From the IMG/VR virus record IMGVR_UViG_3300043137_000281: DNA of 64,000 bases, one strand, 5' to 3'. The position numbers and the translations under genes are program-made. The notes beneath the pieces were generated by a model that had not been told where the DNA came from, searched no databases, and saw nothing but the letters and a program-made list of their open reading frames with translations. The stretch comes from a virus. Positions 45,656 to 54,142 of the stretch are shown piece by piece. Positions within the stretch are counted from its first letter, which is position 1. Every line of letters starts with the position of its first letter.

Positions 45656-46453
45656 TTACTTGACGTTCACAATACCCTTGAAGTCATAAGGAACGATAAT
45701 CGTAGAAACCTTACCTTCTTTGACTGCCTCTGCAATCGTTACAAGAGCGGTTGCTTCCATGTATTTGGTAGCGCCAGCGTTAGCATTCAATGCAGCAATA
45801 CGTTCTGCTTCCAACTTCGCGGTACGAACTTCAACCAGCTTCTGCTTTTCAGCATTTTGTGCCTGCACCAGTTGGTTAGCAGACGCTACGATGTTGGCAG
45901 CTGGCTTGACCTGACGAACGAGAACCTGTGACACATCAATCTGGCCGTCAAGTTTTTCGGCAACGAGGCTGGCAATAATTTCCTGACGAATCAACACTTC
46001 CATCTCGGCGCGATTATCAGCCATCTTCAAAGATTCGTAACGACGAGCAACCTTGTATGCAGCGTTACGGCCGAGCTGGCGAATGTAGTTATACATCAAC
46101 AGCGTATCACCTTCTTCGGTATCAGCGTGGAAACCACGGTTCTTTTCTACATAGATTTCAGCCGCGCTAGTCGGATTGATTGAATAAATCACTGACATAT
46201 CGAAGTCGGCAACAGTTGAGTTGTCGCTGGCAAGAGGAGTCAAGTCAACGATATCAACCTGAACATCCTTCGTCGGGAAAGTAAGAACTTCACCAAAAAT
46301 AGTCTGATTGATAGAACCTGGCTGTAGTTCAGTGGTTTCAATGGTCTTGTCGAACGAACGACGGACACCAACTTCACCTGTTTCAATTCGGGTACAGGCA
46401 GCGGTACCAACCAGAAGAAGCGACAGGGCGGAAATCTTAGCAACACGATTCAT
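45656..46453 (-). CDS. SPFH/Band-7 (prohibitin/HflK-like) lipoprotein
   Basis: Lipobox LLLVGTAAC. Band-7 core followed by an Ala/Glu-rich coiled-coil tail (QAQNAEKQKLVEVRTAKLEAERIAALNANAG). RBS AAGGAA before MNRVAK. Confidence 0.6.
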   Translation of the reverse strand: MNRVAKISALSLLLVGTAACTRIETGEVGVRRSFDKTIETTELQPGSINQTIFGEVLTFPTKDVQVDIVDLTPLASDNSTVADFDMSVIYSINPTSAAEIYVEKNRGFHADTEEGDTLLMYNYIRQLGRNAAYKVARRYESLKMADNRAEMEVLIRQEIIASLVAEKLDGQIDVSQVLVRQVKPAANIVASANQLVQAQNAEKQKLVEVRTAKLEAERIAALNANAGATKYMEATALVTIAEAVKEGKVSTIIVPYDFKGIVNVK

Positions 46454-46467
46454 AATAATTTTATTCC

Positions 46468-46645
46468 TTAGAAAATCAAAACAATTGCCGTAACAACGAC
46501 CATCGCTGCTACAGAACACACTATACTATAGGCGAACAACTTTGTCAAGCCTAATTTTTCAGATTTAGTCATTTTTCTGAACATATCAATACCGACAATA
46601 AATCCAAACAGGATAAACATGAAGGCAACAATCATTTTACTCATA
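46468..46645 (-). CDS. Small membrane protein (58 aa)
   Basis: Two TM helices. The upper part of ORF 46468..46890 overlaps tRNAs and is discarded. Confidence 0.35.
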
Positions 46646-46652
46646 ACAAGAC

Positions 46653-46727
46653 TTTCTGTGTTGGTAGCCCGAACGGGTTTCGATCCCGCTTCTCTGCCTT
46701 GAAAGGGCAGTGTCCTAGCCACTAGAC
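46653..46727 (-). tRNA. tRNA-Glu(TTC)
   Basis: Close to E. coli tRNA-Glu: GGCCCGGTCGTCTAGTGGCTAGGACACTGCCCTTTCAAGGCAG... The T-loop is ATCGAAA (T54 replaced by A). Encoded CCA. Confidence 0.7.
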
Positions 46728-46730
46728 GAC

Positions 46731-46805
46731 CGGGCCATTTGGAGCGGGGGAGCGGATTCGAACCGCCGACCGTCTCGTTGGCAACGAGATGCTCTACCAC
46801 TGAGC
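46731..46805 (-). tRNA. tRNA-Gly(GCC)
   Basis: Acceptor GCGGGTG/CCCCCGC (one U-C mismatch), anticodon arm TCTCG-TTGCCAA-CGAGA, T-loop TTCGAAT, encoded CCA. Confidence 0.7.
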
Positions 46806-46809
46806 TACA

Positions 46810-46887
46810 CCCGCATTGTGGAGTCACGAGCCGGATTCGAACCGGCGGCTTTACGGATTTGCAATCCGTTGCATTGGACCACTCTGC
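46810..46887 (-). tRNA. tRNA-Cys(GCA)
   Basis: Acceptor GTCACGA/TCGTGAC, anticodon arm ACGGA-TTGCAAA-TCCGT, T-arm GCCGG-TTCGAAT-CCGGC, encoded CCA. Confidence 0.7.
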
Positions 46888-46888
46888 C

Positions 46889-46960
46889 ATCGTGACATGG
46901 TACCAGCAGGTGGTAACGCTCCACCCGAACCAACCTTATGAGAGTCGGTCGAACACTTGT
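46889..46960 (-). tRNA. Aberrant 72-nt tRNA-like gene with CAT anticodon loop (possible tRNA-Ile2/Met variant or pseudogene)
   Basis: Acceptor ACCAGTA/TGCTGGT pairs (A1-U72). Anticodon arm CGACT-CTCATAA-GGTTG. The D-arm is truncated (GAAC-AAGT-GTTC) and the T-loop AGCGTTA is non-canonical. Encoded CCA. Confidence 0.35.
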
Positions 46961-46961
46961 T

Positions 46962-47037
46962 CTACTGGTGTGGTGCGAGTGACAGGGTTCGAACCTGTGA
47001 CCTAACGATTATCGGTCGTTTGCTCTACCAACTGAGC
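46962..47037 (-). tRNA. tRNA-Ile(GAT)
   Basis: Acceptor GCGAGTG/CACTCGC, anticodon arm AACGA-CCGATAA-TCGTT, T-loop TTCGAAC, encoded CCA. Confidence 0.8.
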
Positions 47038-47042
47038 TACAC

Positions 47043-47118
47043 TCGCAAATATGGTGGACACTCTGGGGTTCGAACCCAGGACCTACAGGTTAAAAGCCCG
47101 TTGCTCTACCTACTGAGC
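47043..47118 (-). tRNA. tRNA-Lys(TTT)
   Basis: Acceptor GGACACT/AGTGTCC, anticodon loop CTTTTAA, T-loop TTCGAAC, encoded CCA. Confidence 0.8.
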
Positions 47119-47124
47119 TAAGTG

Positions 47125-47200
47125 TCCGTGAAATGGTAGACGATGTAGGATTCGAACCTACGACCTAAGGATTAAGAGTCCCGCGCTCTACCGACTGAGC
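47125..47200 (-). tRNA. tRNA-Lys(CTT)
   Basis: Acceptor GGACGAT/ATCGTCT, anticodon loop CTCTTAA, T-arm GTAGG-TTCGAAT-CCTAC, encoded CCA. Confidence 0.7.
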
Positions 47201-47217
47201 TAATCGTCCATTAAACT

Positions 47218-47418
47218 TTAACCGATGTAGATCCGATGACGTTCGGAATCTACAGATGCACCAACTACACGATGTTCTATGTAGTAGGCATCGATAAACT
47301 GATCACCGTCACGAGTATACACACCGTAGGCAGTCCGAGCTTCTTCCTCAGAAGCATACACACCTAACAACAGCGAACCGTGGAGATCAAACTCACCTAA
47401 CAACGCAAAAACTTCCAT
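47218..47418 (-). CDS. Hypothetical small protein
   Basis: 66 aa after a promoter-leader cassette. Confidence 0.4.
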   Translation of the reverse strand: MEVFALLGEFDLHGSLLLGVYASEEEARTAYGVYTRDGDQFIDAYYIEHRVVGASVDSERHRIYIG

Positions 47419-47483
47419 AACGAATCACTTTCTCTCTGACTATATTCTCATAATAACAGATTCGCAGAGAATGTCAAGCATTA
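47419..47483 (-). promoter_or_regulatory. Promoter-leader cassette, copy 15
   Basis: Contains aatgtcaagcatt ... aacagattcgcagag ... gaatcactttctctctgactat. Confidence 0.55.
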
Positions 47484-47487
47484 TATT

Positions 47488-47562
47488 TGGTGCGCCCGGC
47501 AGGACTCGAACCCGCAACCAAACCGTTATGAGCGGTCGGCTCTACCATTGAGCTACAGGCGC
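47488..47562 (-). tRNA. tRNA-Met(CAT), elongator-type (or tRNA-Ile2 if lysidinylated)
   Basis: Acceptor GCGCCTG/CGGGCGC with a normal G1-C72. Anticodon arm GACCG-CTCATAA-CGGTT, T-loop TTCGAGT, encoded CCA. Confidence 0.75.
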
Positions 47563-47568
47563 AAACTG

Positions 47569-47955
47569 TTATTCAGCAAGCCACTGCTTGAGGGCGCCAA
47601 ACTTTATGTCGAAGCACCACTCTAGGCGCTCGGCACCATAAAACTTGTATGCATCGGCCTCATCTTCGGCATCTGCAATGATTTCTACGGCGCGAACCTT
47701 GTCGCAATTACAAAGCAGCATGGTTTCTGCCACGCGCTCCTTGAACTTCTCAAGGTTAGCCGTCTGACGAATGGCATCTTCGTCAATCTGCACCGAAAGT
47801 TTCTCAACCAGATTTTTGAAATCTGCATCAAAATTCTCGATAGACGCAAAAGTAATGCCACGAGGGCGAAAACCATACACATCCTTGTGTAGGTCAGAAT
47901 AAATGTCGCCATCTCGACTATCGGTGGCGACATTTATTTCAGCAAGCGTAAGCAT
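47569..47955 (-). CDS. Hypothetical protein
   Basis: 128 aa after a promoter-leader cassette. Confidence 0.45.
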   Translation of the reverse strand: MLTLAEINVATDSRDGDIYSDLHKDVYGFRPRGITFASIENFDADFKNLVEKLSVQIDEDAIRQTANLEKFKERVAETMLLCNCDKVRAVEIIADAEDEADAYKFYGAERLEWCFDIKFGALKQWLAE

Positions 47956-48023
47956 TTCGAATCACCTTCTCATCAACTACTCTTTCTTTATAGCTGATTC
48001 GCAGGTAAATGTCAAGCGATAAA
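47956..48023 (-). promoter_or_regulatory. Promoter-leader cassette, copy 16
   Basis: rc: ATCGCTTGACATTTACCTGCGAATCAGCTATAAAGAAAGAGTAGTTGATGAGAAGGTGATTCGAAATG. Confidence 0.55.
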
Positions 48024-48025
48024 TT

Positions 48026-48262
48026 TTATACGCCAATCGCATTTCGATATGTGTCAAGAATCATATCTTCTTCTTGACGGATATGCGCTTCCTTTTTACG
48101 TAGGCGAATAATCTGGCGAGTTGCCTTAGCATCGTAACCCTCACCCTTCAATTCAGAATAGACTTCCTTGCGGTCAATCTTCTTTGCATCAATTTCGGCT
48201 TCGATAGTCTCAATACGTTCAATAAAAAGACGATACTTATCAATTGCAATAATGTCACTCAT
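48026..48262 (-). CDS. DUF2312/GapR-like small nucleoid-associated protein
   Basis: IDKYRLFIERIETIEAEID...KEVYSELKGEGYDAKATRQIIRLRKKEAHIRQEEDMILDTYRNAIG matches the UPF0335/GapR pattern (IERLEeE...dVYaEAKG.GfD.KalR.i.rlRK....R.E.e.iLd.Y..AlG), a family typical of alphaproteobacteria and their phages. Confidence 0.6.
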   Translation of the reverse strand: MSDIIAIDKYRLFIERIETIEAEIDAKKIDRKEVYSELKGEGYDAKATRQIIRLRKKEAHIRQEEDMILDTYRNAIGV

Positions 48263-48281
48263 TATATAACCTTTCTAGAAA

Positions 48282-48357
48282 TGGATGCCCCGTCAGGTCT
48301 CGAACCTGAACTCTTCGGAATCAAAATCCGACGTGTTGCCAATTACACCACGGGGCA
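48282..48357 (-). tRNA. tRNA-Gln(TTG)
   Basis: U1-A72 acceptor TGCCCCG/CGGGGCA, anticodon arm TCGGA-TTTTGAT-TCCGA, T-loop TTCGAGA, encoded CCA. Confidence 0.75.
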
Positions 48358-48358
48358 T

Positions 48359-48434
48359 TGGTAGGGATGATGGGACTCGAACCCACACTGGAAGGATTTT
48401 AAGTCCTCTGTCTCTGCCATTGGACTACATCCCC
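48359..48434 (-). tRNA. Class-I (short variable loop) tRNA with UAA anticodon (nominally Leu, structurally atypical)
   Basis: Acceptor GGGGATG/CATCCCT, anticodon arm GAGGA-CTTAAAA-TCCTT, 5-nt variable loop (not type II), T-loop TTCGAGT, encoded CCA. Confidence 0.5.
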
Positions 48435-48438
48435 AAAC

Positions 48439-48526
48439 TGGAGGAAGCGGTGGGATTCGAACCCACGGTACCTTGCGGTACGACAGTTTTCAAGACTGTA
48501 GGTTTCAACCACTCACCCACGCTTCC
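48439..48526 (-). tRNA. tRNA-Ser(TGA), type II
   Basis: Acceptor GGAAGCG/CGCTTCC, anticodon arm ACAGT-CTTGAAA-ACTGT, variable arm GTACC/GGTAC, T-loop TTCGAAT, encoded CCA. Confidence 0.75.
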
Positions 48527-48561
48527 TATAAAAAACTTCTAACAATGTCAAAGAACAGAAT

Positions 48562-48600
48562 ACTATATATAACAGTTTTTGACATTTATCAAGAGTTTTT
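48562..48600 (-). promoter_or_regulatory. Sigma70-type promoter of the tRNA-Ser/Leu/Gln block (minus strand), a paralog of the 45262-45296 promoter
   Basis: rc reads TTGATA-AATGTCAAAAACTGTTA-TATATA, then GTATTCTGTTCTTTGACATTGTTAG. Confidence 0.5.
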
Positions 48601-49121
48601 TAAAAATTATCTGGTTTATATGGGTCGTAAAATCTTCCCCATAACCAACCAGATGGTAGAATGAACGTGACTGGGTCTACCAGATGTGTTTTACCCGACG
48701 GCTCTACACACCACGCTCTTCTACGTTGTCTCGCTCTCATCGCTATCAGATTGCGAGTTTCCCATGTTTGGCGTCTGCCATACATAGGATTATTTTCGTT
48801 TCTCCTAGTTCCTCGCATTTTGCGACGAATTTTGGCCTTTGTTTCTTCTTTCAAACCACCCCAATTAGGGTTGTTGCTTCCACTTAACGCTAGAGCAATC
48901 TTTCGTTTATGCTCTGTTGTTAAAGCCGGTATCTTCTTTCTACTGACTTTATCACGAAATGTCAAGCCTTTTCCTAAAGAATTTACTTTATCTCTGATAT
49001 ATTCGATATTAGAGTTTTGAAGTAGAAGTTCTCTCGGCTTAGGTACCTGTTCAGGATTTTTGACTAACCAGATTTCGCTCTTGTGCTTAAAAAGGAAGTA
49101 TCTCACGTATACCCCTATCAA
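48600..49121 (-). CDS. NUMOD3-motif homing-endonuclease-like protein (possibly degenerate)
   Basis: Two NUMOD3-like DNA-binding repeats (TEHKRKIALALSGSNNPNWGG and KAKIRRKMRGTRRNENNPMYG) as in T4 Seg/I-Tev proteins. Non-ATG start (TTG/GTG). Located at the edge of the tRNA island. Confidence 0.45.
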   Translation of the reverse strand: MIGVYVRYFLFKHKSEIWLVKNPEQVPKPRELLLQNSNIEYIRDKVNSLGKGLTFRDKVSRKKIPALTTEHKRKIALALSGSNNPNWGGLKEETKAKIRRKMRGTRRNENNPMYGRRQTWETRNLIAMRARQRRRAWCVEPSGKTHLVDPVTFILPSGWLWGRFYDPYKPDNF

Positions 49122-49491
49122 GTAGCGTTAGACCATGTTCTCTATCAATATACTTGTATTGAACGTCCACTGGACCAAAATCGCTTAGTGCTAGAAATAC
49201 ATCTTCAATGTTTAATTTCGAACAGGTGTAAACATCCAGTTGCATCAATGCAGGATGCACTTCATCCCACACATGCATAGCAATATGGCTGGTTTCGATA
49301 ATTGTTACGGCTGTTAGTCCTTGATTGCCTACCATATCGGAATACACGGCATATGGACCCATAAGTATCTTCATATCAATCTTAGCGACCAAAAGTTTCA
49401 TCCAGTCCTGGATTGCTTCTACGCATTTAGGTGGATTTTTTAATTCTGCACGAATGATTAGATGCTTATGTTCCAGAATTGCGCCCATCAA
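49087..49491 (-). CDS. speD: S-adenosylmethionine decarboxylase (SpeH/SpeD class 1 proenzyme)
   Basis: TIIETSHIAMHVWDE matches the autoprocessing site (ESH|S) and surroundings of prokaryotic AdoMetDC. Confidence 0.6.
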   Translation of the reverse strand: MMGAILEHKHLIIRAELKNPPKCVEAIQDWMKLLVAKIDMKILMGPYAVYSDMVGNQGLTAVTIIETSHIAMHVWDEVHPALMQLDVYTCSKLNIEDVFLALSDFGPVDVQYKYIDREHGLTLLDRGIREILPF

Positions 49492-49601
49492 AGTATCTCC
49501 GTTTGAAAGTTCGAGAACAGCTATTTATTAGTGTTACAAACCCCAAGGTTTTTTCACACCCCATGTCACTGGAATATATTGCTCTCTTACGAATAATTTT
49601 T

Positions 49602-50120
49602 TTATTCTTCGGAGATACTCTCGGACTTTTTTGATGCCCTCTTCTTCTTAACCTCTGGCTTTTTCCAACCAACAAGAAAGGTCTCAAGAACATCTGCCAG
49701 AGAAGGATAAAGTTCAAGTAACTTTTGATCCTTTACCGAGTCAAGCAATACTGCTTCGTTCTGGTGAACTCCTTGGCAAATCTGCATCCAGATTTCTTCG
49801 CGGCGCCACTGAGGCACGTTCGATGCACTGCCACCTGGTAGCAAAGTCAAAATACGACGGAACTCTTGTGTGATATTGGTATCTCCCATATCAACAGGAA
49901 GTTCTTCGTTCTTGGTGGGAGTTCTACCTTCTGGAAGATTGACTGGACCTTGTTCATATCCTACACCCCATGCAACAAACCGCATAAAAATAGAATTGCC
50001 AGTAGAAACTGCACGAACTCTTTCACGCAACTCGTCTGCGGTTTTTGCTTCGGTTGCCCAATTCAGGGCTTGGTCCAATTGTCTAAATTTTTTAGGCTGT
50101 AATCGTGTTGCCATTTTCAA
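49602..50120 (-). CDS. Hypothetical protein
   Basis: 172 aa ORF. Confidence 0.4.
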   Translation of the reverse strand: MKMATRLQPKKFRQLDQALNWATEAKTADELRERVRAVSTGNSIFMRFVAWGVGYEQGPVNLPEGRTPTKNEELPVDMGDTNITQEFRRILTLLPGGSASNVPQWRREEIWMQICQGVHQNEAVLLDSVKDQKLLELYPSLADVLETFLVGWKKPEVKKKRASKKSESISEE

Positions 50121-50523
50121 TTCTCTTTCTCAATTCGCTTGTGCTAAAGCCATGCCTACGAGAGTTGTAGTATGTTTCAATTCCCAATTCATGACCAGTA
50201 AAAGGTTTACCGTAATACTCTTCACCGATGATGCGAACATCCCAGTCGTAGCATTGTAGTATATTTAGCAAGTCCTGCTCGGTCGTATATGGAATAATCT
50301 GATCGACATACTTACAACCCTCTACCTGAATATAACGTTCAACCAGAGATTGAACGGGCTTATTCTTCTCAGGGCGGTCAATCGTGGGGTCAGTCTGTAG
50401 AGCAACTACGAGACGGTCACACTGTTCCTTAGCTTCCTGTAGCATAAGAACATGGCCCGCGTGAAACAGGTCAAAGCAACTGGCGGTGATGCCAACTCTC
50501 TCGTCGGAATTATTAAAATTCAT
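50092..50523 (-). CDS. Cytidylyl/adenylyl-transferase (RfaE domain II / glycerol-3-phosphate cytidylyltransferase family)
   Basis: GITASCFDLFHAGHVLML contains the (H/T)xGH nucleotidyltransferase signature. Confidence 0.6.
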   Translation of the reverse strand: MNFNNSDERVGITASCFDLFHAGHVLMLQEAKEQCDRLVVALQTDPTIDRPEKNKPVQSLVERYIQVEGCKYVDQIIPYTTEQDLLNILQCYDWDVRIIGEEYYGKPFTGHELGIETYYNSRRHGFSTSELRKRIENGNTITA

Positions 50524-51394
50524 CGATTAAATCAATCATCTGTTTCATGCGGTTGGCAATGAAGTAGTTCAGGAGACCACTACGGTCGCCACCTTGCTGC
50601 TTCTCGTAGCTATCGATAATAGCTTCCTTGATATCTTCTGGAATACGTGACAAGTCTACAAGTTCACGATTACGCTGGAAGTTGCGCCACATTTCATCAC
50701 TGGTGATGAAGTCTTCGGGTTTCTGAGTCTTCCACTCTGCAACTTTGTCTTTTCTCATGGGACGCTGGCGTGAACCAGTGACAAACGTATCATCGTCTGA
50801 TAGAATGTTGGGAACACCATCACCCTTATCACCCATAATGATATGTTCCATAAGAACCGCTTCGGGTGTATCAGTCAACTTGACAAACTTCTTTTGCACA
50901 GGCGCATACTGCTTGACGTTTGACCACTTCTGCAACTGATTGAAGTCGTGGTCACCAGAGAGAACCAAAAATGGCTCTGCACTGGGCAGAAGGCCATCAG
51001 TGTTCGAAGTCTGGCTATATTCAGCCAATGCACCGATTACATCATCTGCTTCTGCGCCATCGACATCAATAACAGGATAAGGGAAGTGTTCTGACAATTC
51101 TGCACGAACCTGGTGCAGGGCTTCGAAGATAGAATTCCAATCAAAGCCGCTATCTGCACGGTTCTTCTTACGATTAGCTTTGTAGTTAGGGAAGAACTGG
51201 CGGCGCCAGTAGTGGCGATTGTCACATGCAATAACAATCTCACCAAATTCTGCACCGAACTTGCGCTTATATGAACGGATTGAATTGATAATCATGTGAC
51301 GGATTAGAGGCACATTGACTTCTACATCACGCCGACCACCAAGTTCTGCCATCATATTACTAATTGCGACCTGATTAAAATCTACTACTATCAT
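50513..51394 (-). CDS. rnh: T4-type RNase H / 5'-3' exonuclease (FEN family)
   Basis: Collinear similarity to T4 RNase H: VVDFNQVAISNMM...VPLIRHMIINSIRSY...IVIACDN.HYWRRQFFPNYKANRKKNR...DWNSIFE (T4: LIDFSQIALSTAL...NLSMVRHLILNSIKFN...IVLCIDNAKSGYWRRDFAYYYKKNRGKAREESTWDWEGYFE). Confidence 0.8.
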   Translation of the reverse strand: MIVVDFNQVAISNMMAELGGRRDVEVNVPLIRHMIINSIRSYKRKFGAEFGEIVIACDNRHYWRRQFFPNYKANRKKNRADSGFDWNSIFEALHQVRAELSEHFPYPVIDVDGAEADDVIGALAEYSQTSNTDGLLPSAEPFLVLSGDHDFNQLQKWSNVKQYAPVQKKFVKLTDTPEAVLMEHIIMGDKGDGVPNILSDDDTFVTGSRQRPMRKDKVAEWKTQKPEDFITSDEMWRNFQRNRELVDLSRIPEDIKEAIIDSYEKQQGGDRSGLLNYFIANRMKQMIDLIDEF

Positions 51395-51729
51395 TCGCTT
51401 TCATCCTTCTTGGCTCTAGTTAAGACTTCGCGAATGTCATCCAACAGATTTATTTCTGGACAATGGACGCCAGCTTGACGCATAAACATACCCTGTATCA
51501 TAACAGCAATAACCGCGGCGTCACCATTAATATTGTCATCCAGCTTACCCAGCTTTTTGTCGGCGGCTCTTAGGATACCGTTCATACAAGCGGCGGCAAA
51601 AGCCTCTGAGTCCTGATATGCAGCATATTCTGTTGCACCCTCAAGAAAATAATTAAGAGATTCCAAATCTTCTTTTGTGGGTGGTGCCACACGTGGTCGA
51701 AGATATGTTACGTTATCATTATCTGACAT
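51391..51729 (-). CDS. Hypothetical protein (112 aa, acidic C-terminus)
   Basis: ORF 112 aa immediately upstream of rnh. Confidence 0.4.
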   Translation of the reverse strand: MSDNDNVTYLRPRVAPPTKEDLESLNYFLEGATEYAAYQDSEAFAAACMNGILRAADKKLGKLDDNINGDAAVIAVMIQGMFMRQAGVHCPEINLLDDIREVLTRAKKDESE

Positions 51730-52850
51730 TAAAAGACTTTCAAAATTAGAGTTGTTGCCGTGAGTCGCGGGCGCACATTCGCATTCTTACTTCTAACAGA
51801 AGAATACCATTTTGTCAAGTCTTTTTTGGCAGTAGCAGAAAATGCAGGGACCTGTTCTTCTGGCTTTCGAAGCAACTTGCAACTGGACATAGCCTCTTCG
51901 TAGCCTACAAGTGACGCACCCTTCACAGTGATGCCGCCGCCGACGGGACTGAAATATCTGGAAATCTTACGTGTCTTGGTATCGAACGTCCAGACTTCAC
52001 TACAGTTAAGAAGGCTGATAGGGTCAACACTCTTACCGAACTTAGCGTCCTCGGCGAGGAACTTCAAGCCACGAATCAACTTGGTCTTATCTTTGGGCTT
52101 CTTCTTGCGAACCTTAGCTACCTGCTTACTGATATATGACTTCTTAAGGTCATTGATGTAGCCTTCAATAAGCTGGACAACCTTTTTAATGATTGTGATG
52201 CCAGAGAACGGAAACGAATCTACAAATTCTATCTGTTCTTCGGTAAGTGTCTTGCGGTCAGTCCGACGAAGTTCTAGGACCTCTGAGAATTCTGCCAGAA
52301 GAGGCTGCAATTTATCTACACATGCCGCGTATTGCTTGTCGGACATCTTGTATGGCATCAAAATTTGCCCCATGGTCTTAGGGTCTTCACCGATGATGAG
52401 ATTTTCGATTTCATCATTGACATCTGATACGATGAAGGTAGAAGCCAGCTTGACTGGCTTGACTACCTTTACTACAGGTGCAGCAACGGGTTCATCTTCG
52501 TCGGACTTTGTGCGCTTACCTACTACCTCTTGTACCTTTTCCCAGATGCGGTTCTGGTGAACCTCACTGACGGGGAAACCTCGCATGGCAATACGAGCGG
52601 TATTGGCATAGGTGCGCGGCAGAAACTTGTCAGGTACCTGACCAAGAGCCTTTAGCTTCTCTTTGTCACTCTTGAACCAATCTACCAAAAATGCACGGCA
52701 ATCTTTGGTTTCGGCAACATAATTATACCAGTTCAAGGCATTGCCGTATTCTCGTTGATAGTTGGCTGGTTCATAACCATCTGCCCAGACAGGCTCGGTG
52801 CCAACAAACTTCGATTCTGCAATGGGTACCTTAAGTTTATACATAATCAC
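51729..52850 (-). CDS. Hypothetical protein (373 aa)
   Basis: Long ORF. No recognisable similarity to T4 gp32 or gp59. Confidence 0.45.
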   Translation of the reverse strand: MIMYKLKVPIAESKFVGTEPVWADGYEPANYQREYGNALNWYNYVAETKDCRAFLVDWFKSDKEKLKALGQVPDKFLPRTYANTARIAMRGFPVSEVHQNRIWEKVQEVVGKRTKSDEDEPVAAPVVKVVKPVKLASTFIVSDVNDEIENLIIGEDPKTMGQILMPYKMSDKQYAACVDKLQPLLAEFSEVLELRRTDRKTLTEEQIEFVDSFPFSGITIIKKVVQLIEGYINDLKKSYISKQVAKVRKKKPKDKTKLIRGLKFLAEDAKFGKSVDPISLLNCSEVWTFDTKTRKISRYFSPVGGGITVKGASLVGYEEAMSSCKLLRKPEEQVPAFSATAKKDLTKWYSSVRSKNANVRPRLTATTLILKVF

Positions 52851-52893
52851 TCCTTGTCAATATATCTCACTATACGATATATTAAGGTATTTG

Positions 52894-53190
52894 TCAACCC
52901 TCAAATTTCACTGAAATTACAGAGTCATAACGAAAGGAACGCCAAGCATTCTTTTCTAGGTCCCATACGGCCAGCGAATCAGTAGAACCTTTTTTCTGAA
53001 TCGATTCTTCAAGGTCAGTCTGCGCGGGAAGCACTGATTCCTGAAGAGTGCACCGCATAATACGTTCATCGCCATTCTGTTTGGTAAAAGTAACAGTGCC
53101 TACCTTAGCACGGAGGCTGCTCTTAAGGTCTTCACGCATAGCTTCAACTGTGGTCATCATTTCACATTCTCCTAATATTATCTTCATCAA
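52894..53190 (-). CDS. Hypothetical protein
   Basis: 98 aa ORF. Confidence 0.35.
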   Translation of the reverse strand: MMKIILGECEMMTTVEAMREDLKSSLRAKVGTVTFTKQNGDERIMRCTLQESVLPAQTDLEESIQKKGSTDSLAVWDLEKNAWRSFRYDSVISVKFEG

Positions 53191-54142
53191 CTACAATTTG
53201 ACCTCTCGCGTTTTTACGAGGAGGGTCGGGCATTATAATATCGTGCGTAGAGCCGTGTTTCTCAAAAGCAAAGAAATCTGGAACTTCTGGTGCTATTGGC
53301 TGAGGCTTTTTCTTACGATTACTCTTAGTCTTTTTTACAACATCTTTAGTTACTTCTGCGGGTTCGTTATCTACAACCGAAGAAGCAGTTTTAACTATAT
53401 CTGGTTCTTCTCGTTTTGTCAACCCTAAAAACGTCATATTTGCTGCAATTATCAAAAGAATTGCCAGTGGGTCAAAAACAAAGATAAGAATGATAATCAT
53501 CATACGAACGGCCTTGTCGATAGTGGCATTATCGCCACTACCATAGAATAGTTCCGCTACATATTTGATTGGTCCTACTTCCGCTTCGAGTTTGAGGTTC
53601 TCTGTTTTGAGCGGTATGAGATTAGTCTCAATAGTCTGAATGTCTGTAGTCGCACCCTCAATTTCCTTATTAAGAGCCGTGCGTTCCCTCTTCTGTCTAT
53701 TTCTAATGAAATTAGCATCGAGGATGTTCTCGCCAGAAGCGAGTCGGTCCAAAGTATCCAAAGATGTTTGTGCATTCTTTAGTCTCCTTTCTGCCGCAGT
53801 CTTCTGACTTTCTAGTTGTGCTATTTGTAACTGCGCTGAACCACCTACAGTGGTGTGTTCAATATGGGCTTTACTTAGATAGCCGAATACACCCATACTG
53901 GTGATAAATGACAGAACGACCACTGCTATTGTAAAGTATGTCTTCAATAGCTTATTGGCAATCTTCCAGTTGCGATAGACCCAGCTTGCTGTTACTAATT
54001 TAGATAATTCTAAAACCCCTCCCATAGCAGCGATTGCATATGGAGAAGCGGGAAAAATTGCAATCAATCCGAGAATTGAAAAATATCCAGAAACTAATGA
54101 TATAGAAATTGCAGTGAGAAATAATAAAATTGCGTATGCCAT
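53162..54142 (-). CDS. Membrane protein with central coiled-coil region
   Basis: Three or four N-terminal TM helices, an internal TM helix, and a lysine-rich tail. Confidence 0.45.
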   Translation of the reverse strand: MAYAILLFLTAISISLVSGYFSILGLIAIFPASPYAIAAMGGVLELSKLVTASWVYRNWKIANKLLKTYFTIAVVVLSFITSMGVFGYLSKAHIEHTTVGGSAQLQIAQLESQKTAAERRLKNAQTSLDTLDRLASGENILDANFIRNRQKRERTALNKEIEGATTDIQTIETNLIPLKTENLKLEAEVGPIKYVAELFYGSGDNATIDKAVRMMIIILIFVFDPLAILLIIAANMTFLGLTKREEPDIVKTASSVVDNEPAEVTKDVVKKTKSNRKKKPQPIAPEVPDFFAFEKHGSTHDIIMPDPPRKNARGQIVVDEDNIRRM

